From positions 157,171 to 221,170 of the forward strand of contig JAKLIF010000003.1 of NCBI GenBank assembly GCA_022709755.1: 64,000 nucleotides of DNA, read 5' to 3'. Numbering within the stretch: the stretch's first letter is position 1; each line of letters starts with the position of its first letter. The notes under the pieces are model-generated. The model was given only the letters and a program-made list of their open reading frames with translations, made no database searches and was not told the DNA's origin. The translations under genes and the position numbers were made by a program. Below are positions 56,799 to 64,000 of the stretch, piece after piece. Source of the DNA: Elusimicrobiota bacterium. Lineage in GTDB: Bacteria > Elusimicrobiota > Elusimicrobia > FEN-1173 > JAKLIF01.

Positions 56799-59150
56799 GT
56801 GGCCCGTAAGAGAACGGCTCCACCCTCCGCGACGACGTCCCTCCCCAAAAATCCACCGTCTTCGCTCGGCCTCGTGCCTTGGATGTGTCTGGCGTGGTTC
56901 GGGGTTGTCATCTATTTCTTCCAGCGGCAACATCCGGCTTATGTGGGGATCCTGTCCAACCTCCGGTTGTCGCCTCTGTTCCCGTCCTTTCCTCTCTTAG
57001 TAGGCCACCTCAAGGCCTTCGCCCTCCTCATCGGCACATTGATCGGCCTCCACGTCTGGGCCAGCCGTCTTCTGGACCGGTTCGGTTTATCGTGGAATTC
57101 CAGTTTCGAGAAGTCCGTCTTTTCGGCCGGATTGGGTCTGTCGCTCCTTTCTTACGGTGTTTTTGTAATCGGGGTTGTTCAACTCTATCGTCCCGCTGTT
57201 TTTTGGACGCTCTTCGTCCTTTTGGTCGTGTCGGCCGTTGCCTTCGGAAGGAAAGACCTGGCGGTCTTGTACGGACAGGGTCTTTCGGATCTCCGTCACA
57301 CGCTGCGCCAGATCCCTTCCTGGGGTCCGCACAAACTGCTTCTCTGGACGATGATCGGGGTCTCGTTCCCGATGGCTTTTGTGCCCGAGATATTCTACGA
57401 CTCCATGGTCTATCACTTGGGTGTTCCCCGGTTCTATCTGCTCGAAGGGGGGATCCGGAGCATGGCGTACGTCCACGAGAAACTCCCCCTGGTGATGCAG
57501 ATGCAGAACGTCTGGGGGTTGGCGCTGGAGGGGGAACGTCTGGCCAAACTGTTCCATTGGGTGGGAGGTTTTTTCCTGGCGATTTCTTTTCTCGGCATGG
57601 CCCGTCGTTATGGTCCGTCACGCGGAGGTCTTCTGGCGGCCCTGGCCTTCTTTTCGATGCCGATGGCTCTCATGAACCTGTGGACGGCCGGGGTGGACGT
57701 CCGTCTGTCATGGGTGCTGCTCTTGTCGGTCTATGCCTGGCTGAACGCGATGACCGACGAAGAAAAGGCCATCCCCTGGCTGATCCTCGGCGGAATTTTC
57801 GGCGGCGTCGCGGCGGCCTCCAAATATACGGCGGCGGTCTGCCCCCTGTCCTTCGGGGTGGTGTCGTTCTCTCTCCGGTGTTTCGTCGATAAAAATCCGA
57901 AGAGGGCGTTCCGGGAGGGACTGGCGTTCTTCATCCCGGTGTTCGTGATGATGGCCCCCTGGCTGATCAAGAACTGGATGGACGTCGGGAACCCGTTTTT
58001 CCCGTTCCTGGCGAAGTTCTTCGGTTGGGGCGATTTCGAACCGGGCCGGCTTCAGAAATTATGGGATGAGAACATGCGTCTGCGTCCCACCTCGTTCCGG
58101 CAATGGCTGTTCTTCCCGTGGACGATCACCTTCGCCGAGATCTCGAGCCTGTCCGGCACCAACCTCTTCGGGCTGATGTTTTTGCCGGGGCTGGTCTGGT
58201 GGGGATTGCGCCGCGACCGCGCGCCCTGGTACCGGCCGTTCCTGATCGCCACTCTCCTTTCCCTCGTGCTCGTTTTCCGTCAGACCCAGTTGACGCGTGT
58301 CGCGATGCCGATGCTGGCCTGTCTTTTCTTCCTCACGGGGCATCTGGCGGGCGTCCTTTATGACCGGGGCGGGCGTTTCTTCAGGACGCTCTTCTCGATC
58401 CTGTGTTGGTTGGCCGCCCTGATCGGATTTTTTCATGCCATCCCCGTGATGATCGCCAATTATAAGTCGTGGGGGGTCCTCGTGGGCACGGAAGACCGGA
58501 GGGACTATTTGACCTACACGCACCCCGCCATCAATCCGAACCCCGCCACGAAGATGTTCGACTACGCCAAACAGAACTTGCCGCCGGGAAGCCGGCTCTT
58601 GATCGTGGGGGACGAGAAAGTCTCCACCTGCGAGATGCCTTTTCGGGCCTCCGGCGTCTACAACAAAAGCCTCCTCGCGGTCTGGACGGAACAATCCTCT
58701 TCCGCCGATGACCTCTATCGACGGTTCCAGAAGGAGGGGGTCACGCACATGGTCATCAACATCAACGAGATCGTCCGTTTGTTGGGATACAATAACCTGG
58801 CCTGGCAGGACGAGACACTCGCGCGTGTCAGCGATTTTTGGGACCGGCACGTGCGGTTGGTCCACACGCTCCGCGTGAAAGAGAAATATTTCGATGCCCA
58901 GATCGAACTTTGGCTGTGTGAGGTCCTGCCCGCCGAAGAGGCGGCTCGGAAGGGACGGGCCCCGGCCAACGTTTTCCTCCAGTTTTACGAAGAACTGATG
59001 GCTCCTCAACAGCAAGCCGGATGGATCGATCTCCGCCTCCAGATCTTGCGCGGCATGGCGGAGCGCTGGCCCCAAGTGGCCAGCGTGAGGGAACGGTATG
59101 CGGCGCTCTCCGTTCACCGTCAGCGGATGTCTCAGCCGCCTCCCCAATGA
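56799..59150 (+). CDS. Large polytopic membrane protein with a C-terminal soluble domain; putative GT-C-fold (ArnT/PMT/DUF2723-like) glycosyltransferase.
   Basis: At least 11 TM helices. First periplasmic loop carries an acidic/aromatic motif (PEIFYDSMVYHLGVPRFY). About 250-aa C-terminal non-membrane domain. GTG start. The function is inferred from topology only. Confidence 0.6.
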   Translation: MARKRTAPPSATTSLPKNPPSSLGLVPWMCLAWFGVVIYFFQRQHPAYVGILSNLRLSPLFPSFPLLVGHLKAFALLIGTLIGLHVWASRLLDRFGLSWNSSFEKSVFSAGLGLSLLSYGVFVIGVVQLYRPAVFWTLFVLLVVSAVAFGRKDLAVLYGQGLSDLRHTLRQIPSWGPHKLLLWTMIGVSFPMAFVPEIFYDSMVYHLGVPRFYLLEGGIRSMAYVHEKLPLVMQMQNVWGLALEGERLAKLFHWVGGFFLAISFLGMARRYGPSRGGLLAALAFFSMPMALMNLWTAGVDVRLSWVLLLSVYAWLNAMTDEEKAIPWLILGGIFGGVAAASKYTAAVCPLSFGVVSFSLRCFVDKNPKRAFREGLAFFIPVFVMMAPWLIKNWMDVGNPFFPFLAKFFGWGDFEPGRLQKLWDENMRLRPTSFRQWLFFPWTITFAEISSLSGTNLFGLMFLPGLVWWGLRRDRAPWYRPFLIATLLSLVLVFRQTQLTRVAMPMLACLFFLTGHLAGVLYDRGGRFFRTLFSILCWLAALIGFFHAIPVMIANYKSWGVLVGTEDRRDYLTYTHPAINPNPATKMFDYAKQNLPPGSRLLIVGDEKVSTCEMPFRASGVYNKSLLAVWTEQSSSADDLYRRFQKEGVTHMVININEIVRLLGYNNLAWQDETLARVSDFWDRHVRLVHTLRVKEKYFDAQIELWLCEVLPAEEAARKGRAPANVFLQFYEELMAPQQQAGWIDLRLQILRGMAERWPQVASVRERYAALSVHRQRMSQPPPQ

Positions 59151-59175
59151 GACCGGCTGTTTGATATAATCGGGC

Positions 59176-59964
59176 ATGGCCTTTTCACAGGAAAAACAAT
59201 CGGAATGGTCCTATCAATGGTCCCGACTGGAAGACCGGAACCGTTGGCTGTTCGATGACTGGATCTTCCCCAACCGTCTCGAGGATTTTAAGGGAAAAAC
59301 GGTCCTGGACGCCGGTTGCGGGGGCGGGCATCACGTCGAATACGTGGCGCCGGTGGCCGGCCGCGTGGTGGGCGTGGACCTCAACTGTCCGGAGCTGGCC
59401 CGCCAGCGGACCGCCTCCTTCCGGAACGTCGATATCGTCGAGGGCGATGTCGCCCGCTGGTCCCCGTCGGACGGGACTGTATTCGACGTGGTCTATTGCG
59501 TCGGCGTCATTCACCACACCGATGATCCGGACCAGACCTTCCGCCATCTGGTCCGATTGGTGAGACCCGGTGGCCGTCTCATCGTGTGGACCTACTCGGA
59601 AGAGGGTAATTTTTTGAATCGGGCGGTCCTGGAACCGCTGAAAAAAGTATTCTTCGGTTTTTTGCCCCGGCCGCTCCTCCTGGCCGTCGCTCATGCGATG
59701 ACGGTCCTTCTCTATCCGCCGGTCTATTCGGTTTACCTTTTGCCCCTGAGGTTCCTGCCTTATTATGATTATTTCGCGAATTTCCGCCGGTTGGGGTATC
59801 GGCGTAACATGTTGAACGTGTTCGATAAGTTGAACGCCCCTCAGACCCATTTCATATCGGAAAGCCGGATCCGGGGTTGGTTCTCAGCCGACCTGTTCGA
59901 GGATGTTCATGTCAGCCCCTACGTGGGGGTGTCTTGGCGTGGATCGGGGACAAGGCGGACATGA
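59176..59964 (+). CDS. Class I SAM-dependent methyltransferase.
   Basis: Motif I VLDAGCGGGHH. Motif post-I VVGVDLN. Stop overlaps the aroK start (ATGA). Confidence 0.85.
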   Translation: MAFSQEKQSEWSYQWSRLEDRNRWLFDDWIFPNRLEDFKGKTVLDAGCGGGHHVEYVAPVAGRVVGVDLNCPELARQRTASFRNVDIVEGDVARWSPSDGTVFDVVYCVGVIHHTDDPDQTFRHLVRLVRPGGRLIVWTYSEEGNFLNRAVLEPLKKVFFGFLPRPLLLAVAHAMTVLLYPPVYSVYLLPLRFLPYYDYFANFRRLGYRRNMLNVFDKLNAPQTHFISESRIRGWFSADLFEDVHVSPYVGVSWRGSGTRRT

Positions 59965-60467
59965 ACATCGTCTTGACGGGGTTCATGGGCACGGGGAAGA
60001 CGGCCGTGGGGAAAATCCTGGCCCGCCGGCTGGAATGGACGTTCTGTGACACGGACGAACTCATCGAAAAGGAAGTCGGCCTCCCGATCAAGGACATCTT
60101 CCAGGAAAAAGGGGAACCCTTTTTTCGCGAATTGGAACACAAGATCGTCCGTCGAGTGAGTTCGAAAGACCATTGGGTTATTTCCACCGGCGGCGGCGTG
60201 GTCTTGCGCGCGGAGAACATGGCGGCGTTGGAAAAGAACGGGATGGTCGTCTGTCTGACGGCCCGTCCCGACACGATCCTGGAGCGCGTGGCCGCCGAAG
60301 GGACGGCTCGCCCCCTCCTGAACGTGCCGGACCCCCGGAAAAAAGTGGAGACGCTCCTCTCCCAGAGGGACCCTTTTTATCGACGATGCGGGGTGCGGAT
60401 AGAAACGGATTCTTTGTCGCCGGAGGCGGCGGCGGAACAAATCATCGGATGGATGGAGAAAAAATGA
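59961..60467 (+). CDS. aroK: Shikimate kinase.
   Basis: Walker A MNIVLTGFMGTGKTAVGKILA. CDTDELIE shikimate-binding region. Confidence 0.9.
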   Translation: MNIVLTGFMGTGKTAVGKILARRLEWTFCDTDELIEKEVGLPIKDIFQEKGEPFFRELEHKIVRRVSSKDHWVISTGGGVVLRAENMAALEKNGMVVCLTARPDTILERVAAEGTARPLLNVPDPRKKVETLLSQRDPFYRRCGVRIETDSLSPEAAAEQIIGWMEKK

Positions 60468-61555
60468 AAACGATCACGGTTCGGCTGTTCGCGGGGCGAG
60501 GGTATTTCGTCAAGGTTAATTCGTTGCTGGTCGATCTGGGGCGCGCACTGAAGCCGCTCGGGTTCGGCCCCAAGGTCTTGATCGTGAGCACACCGCCCGT
60601 GGCCCGTCATTACGCGGCCCGGCTCGCCTATGGATTGAAAAAGTCGGGGTTCACGCCGTCGGTGGTCCTCATCCCCGACGGGGAGGATCGGAAGGACCTG
60701 AAGTCGGTCCAGAGGATCTATTCGGCGTGTCTGCGCGCCCGCTTGGACCGTCACAGCCTGATCGTGGCGTTGGGGGGCGGCGTCGTCGGCGACGTGGCGG
60801 GGTTTGCGGCCGCCACCTACATGCGGGGAATCTCCTGCGTCCAGTGTCCGACATCGTTGCTGGCCATGGTGGACGCGAGCATCGGCGGGAAGACGGCGGT
60901 GGACCTGCCCCAAGGGAAGAATCTCATCGGCGCGTTTTGGCAGCCGCGACTGGTCTGGATGGACCTTTCCGTGTTGAAGACGTTGCCCGAAAAACAGTGG
61001 CACGTCGGCATGGCGGAGATCATCAAATACGGCGTCATCGCCGACCCGGGGATCCTGTCGGATTTGGAATCGTTGACCCCGCAGGAATTGCGCACCAGCC
61101 GGTTCTGCCTGGAGCGACTCGTCGCCCGATCCGCCGAGATCAAGGCCCGGGTCGTCTCGCGAGATGAGACGGAGACGCGCGGGATCCGCGAGATGTTGAA
61201 TTTCGGCCATACGCTGGGCCATGCCCTCGAAACAGTGGTGGGATACAGGAAGATTTCGCACGGGGAAGCGATCTCGGTCGGGATGGTCTTCGCGTCGCGT
61301 TTGGCGAACCGGCTCCGTTATTTGTCCTCCTCGGATGCAGACCGCCTTGAAAAACTGATCCGCCGGTGGGGGTTGCCGGTCCGTGCTCCCGGGCGGGTGT
61401 CCCGCGCGGCGATCCTGAAAGCCATGTCCCGGGACAAAAAGGTAATGGCGGGCCGATGGCGTTTCGTCCTCCCTTTCGGTTGGGGCCAGGTCAAAGTGGT
61501 CGACAACATCCCGCGCTCTCAGATCCTCTCCGCTCTCCAAAGCGTGGGGATTTGA
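60464..61555 (+). CDS. aroB: 3-dehydroquinate synthase.
   Basis: GGGVVGDVAGFAAATYMRGI. HTLGHALE metal-binding motif. ATGA overlap with aroK. Confidence 0.92.
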   Translation: MKTITVRLFAGRGYFVKVNSLLVDLGRALKPLGFGPKVLIVSTPPVARHYAARLAYGLKKSGFTPSVVLIPDGEDRKDLKSVQRIYSACLRARLDRHSLIVALGGGVVGDVAGFAAATYMRGISCVQCPTSLLAMVDASIGGKTAVDLPQGKNLIGAFWQPRLVWMDLSVLKTLPEKQWHVGMAEIIKYGVIADPGILSDLESLTPQELRTSRFCLERLVARSAEIKARVVSRDETETRGIREMLNFGHTLGHALETVVGYRKISHGEAISVGMVFASRLANRLRYLSSSDADRLEKLIRRWGLPVRAPGRVSRAAILKAMSRDKKVMAGRWRFVLPFGWGQVKVVDNIPRSQILSALQSVGI

Positions 61556-61619
61556 TTGTCGGTTCCCATGGCTTAATCAACCTTCCCTACCGCTATTCCG
61601 AGGGATCTCAAGAAAAATA

Positions 61620-62675
61620 ATGAAAACGATGCATCATATAGACATGAATCGTCGACATCGGTCGGCATGTTTGATTTCTGTTTTGAATCGGGATAAAACC
61701 GATGCTTGTTTGGTCCATGGGGAATCGAATCTGGCCTATCTCACGGGTCATCCGATCGAAAACGGGTTCTTGTTGGTTTCCACGAAGGGGTCTTGGCTGG
61801 TCCTGCCCCCCATGCTGGCCGCCGGGATGGACAAGTGGATCGATGGAATCCGGGTCGTTCCGACGAGAAAATGGCAGGAGATGATCAAAGGGTTGATCCG
61901 GAAGAACAAGCTGAAAAAGGTCACGTTCGATCCCGATATCAGCCATCCGGCCGGCCAAACGCTTGAAAAGATGGGTTGTACGCCTAAAACCAGCCCCGTC
62001 AAGGAGCTCCGGATGGTCAAAAACGGCCTCGAATTGGCCGATATCCGGTCCGCGTGCCGTTTGACGGTCGAAGGGTTCGGCTTTTTGAAGGGGCGTTTGA
62101 GGATCGGAGTGACTGAAAAACAGTTGGCGGACGAATTGATCTGTTATTTTCACCGTCGACATGCCGATAAAGTCGCCTTCGATCCCATCGTGGCTTTCGG
62201 CTCCCATACGGCCGTCCCGCATCATGTTCCGGGCCCCGCGTCTTTGGGGAAGGATCAACCCGTGTTGTTCGACATCGGATGCACAGTAAACGGCTACCGG
62301 TCCGACTTGACGAGGACGGTGTTTTTCGGTAGAATGAACCACTCTTTTCGGCGTGTTTATGGGGTTGTTCAGCGCGCCCAAAGAGCTGGCCTCGAGCGGG
62401 TGCGTCCGGGTGTGACAGGAGGGCAAGTGGACGCCTCCGCTCGTTCTGTTATACGGAAAGCCGGATTTGGACGGTTTTATATCCACAATACGGGTCATGG
62501 CGTCGGATTGGACATCCATGAAGGGCCATGGCTGAGGCCGACAGGCCGGGACCGGCTGGCCTCCGGCATGATTTTAACGGTCGAACCGGGAATCTACATT
62601 CCGGGCCGGTTCGGTGTGCGCATCGAGGATACGGTCCTTGTCACGCGGACCGGTTTTGACATTCTGACGAAATAG
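61620..62675 (+). CDS. pepP: M24-family Xaa-Pro aminopeptidase.
   Basis: HNTGHGVGLDIHEGPWL...MILTVEPGIYIPGRFGVRIEDTVLVT pita-bread metal ligands. Confidence 0.88.
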   Translation: MKTMHHIDMNRRHRSACLISVLNRDKTDACLVHGESNLAYLTGHPIENGFLLVSTKGSWLVLPPMLAAGMDKWIDGIRVVPTRKWQEMIKGLIRKNKLKKVTFDPDISHPAGQTLEKMGCTPKTSPVKELRMVKNGLELADIRSACRLTVEGFGFLKGRLRIGVTEKQLADELICYFHRRHADKVAFDPIVAFGSHTAVPHHVPGPASLGKDQPVLFDIGCTVNGYRSDLTRTVFFGRMNHSFRRVYGVVQRAQRAGLERVRPGVTGGQVDASARSVIRKAGFGRFYIHNTGHGVGLDIHEGPWLRPTGRDRLASGMILTVEPGIYIPGRFGVRIEDTVLVTRTGFDILTK

Positions 62676-62712
62676 GAGGAATATCGGACGGAGATCGTCC
62701 GAGTCGACAACC

Positions 62713-63270
62713 ATGGTTTCTACAGCGGATTTCAGAAAAGGTCTTGTGATCGAATGGCAGGGAGCCCCTTTCGAGGTGATCTGGTTTCAAAACCACAAAA
62801 TGGCCGCCGAAGAGGCGGTCATGCGGGCGAAGATCCGAAACATGAAGACGGGGAGCATCATCGAACGGACGTTTAAGAACGGGGAACGGTTCAAGGATAT
62901 CACCATGCGGCGGGTGAGCAGCCAGTTCCTCTACTCCGATACCGACAATGCCCATTTCATGAACAACGAGAACTACGAGCAGATCTTCGTCCCGAAGGAG
63001 AAACTGGGCGACCAGGTCAAGTTCCTCTCCGAAAATATGGAAGTCAACGCGCTTTTTTTGGACGACGAATTCCTCTCCATCGAACTGCCGGCTTCCGTGA
63101 CGTTGAAGGTGACCTCGACGGTCCCCGGAATCAAGGGGGATTCGGTCTCAAACCTGATGAAACCGGCGACGGTGTCTTCGGGTATCGAACTCCAAGTCCC
63201 GCTCTTCGTCAAAGAGGGGGACACCATCCGCGTGGACACCCGCACCGGAGAATATCTCGAAAGGCTCTAG
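62713..63270 (+). CDS. efp: Elongation factor P. The beta3-beta4 loop is non-canonical.
   Basis: 185 aa. DFRKGLVIEWQGAPFEVIWFQN...KTGSIIERTFK aligns position-for-position with the E. coli EF-P N-domain. C-terminal ...GEYLERL is conserved. The KPGKG loop is replaced by KMAAE. Confidence 0.9.
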   Translation: MVSTADFRKGLVIEWQGAPFEVIWFQNHKMAAEEAVMRAKIRNMKTGSIIERTFKNGERFKDITMRRVSSQFLYSDTDNAHFMNNENYEQIFVPKEKLGDQVKFLSENMEVNALFLDDEFLSIELPASVTLKVTSTVPGIKGDSVSNLMKPATVSSGIELQVPLFVKEGDTIRVDTRTGEYLERL

Positions 63271-63273
63271 GCC

Positions 63274-63726
63274 ATGTCCAATAACGAAGACACCTCTTTC
63301 GACGAAGAATTCCTGAAGACCCTGGTGGATTTTGCCAAGTCGACGGGCTTGGAGGAGGTCCTTTGGGAGAAAGACGGCCGCAAGGTGTCGTTCCGCCGGA
63401 ACGCGAACGGGACTTCTTCCGCGCCGGTTCCGTCCGCTCCCAAGGAGAAGAACGGTTCCGCTCCCGCCCCTTCCGCCGAATCATCCACTGTCCGGCGGAT
63501 CCCGTCCCCCATGGTGGGTACGTTCTGGCGGGCCGAAGCCCGCGGGAGGCAGCCCCTGGTGGCCGAGGGGGCCACGGTGAAAGAGGGTCAGCGCATCGCC
63601 GTGGTGGAGGCCATGAAGATCCCCAAGGACGTCGTCACGAAGGTCTCCGGAAAGATTTCCAAGATACTGGTTGAAAACGGCAAGTCCGTCGAATACGGCC
63701 AAGATCTCTTCGAGATCGAGATCTGA
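63274..63726 (+). CDS. accB: Acetyl-CoA carboxylase biotin carboxyl carrier protein.
   Basis: Biotinyl-lysine motif IAVVEAMKI. Ala/Pro/Ser-rich linker. Starts 3 nt after efp. Confidence 0.88.
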   Translation: MSNNEDTSFDEEFLKTLVDFAKSTGLEEVLWEKDGRKVSFRRNANGTSSAPVPSAPKEKNGSAPAPSAESSTVRRIPSPMVGTFWRAEARGRQPLVAEGATVKEGQRIAVVEAMKIPKDVVTKVSGKISKILVENGKSVEYGQDLFEIEI

Positions 63727-63809
63727 CGGGTTCTCCGGCCGGACCTTTCACCATCCCTAACACAGATCATCCGTTTTAGATTCAAAGACTATCATCAGGG
63801 GAGACCAGA

Positions 63810-64000
63810 GTGTTCAAAAAAATCCTCATAGCCAACCGCGGTGAGATCGCTGTGCGGGTCATCCGCGCCTGCCGGGAGATGGGCATCGCCACGGTGGCGG
63901 TTCATTCCGACGTGGATCGGGACTCTTTGCATGTCCGGCTGGCGGACGAATCCGTCTGTATCGGGCCCGGGACGGCCTCGGAAAGTTATCTGAGCATTCC
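63810..64000 (+). CDS. accC: Biotin carboxylase, 3'-truncated by the window end.
   Basis: [42 protein letters not shown] is the ATP-grasp N-terminal signature. GTG start with GGGGAG RBS. Confidence 0.88.
   Translation, partial: MFKKILIANRGEIAVRVIRACREMGIATVAVHSDVDRDSLHVRLADESVCIGPGTASESYLSI

Noticed and set aside
1-64000. Mobile elements: searched for transposase or integrase ORFs, inverted terminal repeats, and tRNA-flanked islands.
   Set aside because: None were found. The only compositional islands are the in-frame low-GC patch in the giant gene and the AT-rich promoter region at 17330-17404.

Overview
This is a 64-kb, high-GC (roughly 60%) bacterial segment in which every gene I can support lies on the + strand. 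There are about 42 tightly packed CDSs, many joined by ATGA/GTGA stop-start overlaps. I found no tRNA, rRNA, CRISPR array or transposase. The minus-strand ORFs in the track look like antisense shadows of the GC-rich + strand genes.

Content from start to end:
- A giant, 5'-truncated cell-surface protein of more than 5,770 aa (nt 2-17329). It has two beta-helix-like repeat modules, many FN3 domains, a BNR/Asp-box propeller and a C-terminal T9SS-type sorting domain, which suggests an FCB-superphylum or candidate-phylum origin.
- Three exported or outer-membrane proteins (CARDB-like, FecR-domain, beta-barrel).
- pepN-like M1 peptidase and xseA-xseB.
- A polytopic membrane protein followed by a radical-SAM/SPASM enzyme.
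- A C5-pathway heme operon (hemX/ccsA-like, hemA, hemC, a cobA-hemD fusion, hemB, hemL) with an IMPase, a HEAT-repeat protein, exbB-exbD-tonB and an MBL lipoprotein embedded in it.
- DUF1015, then comEC, a secreted ComEC-like MBL paralogue and a tandem Cas4-like Fe-S nuclease.
- An AI-2E transporter, a TPR protein and pmbA/tldD.
- A shikimate operon (aroE, aroC, aroK, aroB) split by a GT2 / B12-radical-SAM / GT-C-like membrane protein / methyltransferase cassette.
- pepP, efp, accB and the start of accC.

The most notable signals:
- A roughly 600-bp low-GC mosaic patch inside the giant gene.
- A G10 homopolymer inside the giant gene.
- A ComEC whose own MBL metal-binding motifs are all lost, while the adjacent secreted paralogue keeps them.
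- A two-domain Cas4-like nuclease.
- The glycosylation / radical-SAM cassette inserted in the aro operon.
- An EF-P that lacks the canonical KPGKG loop.
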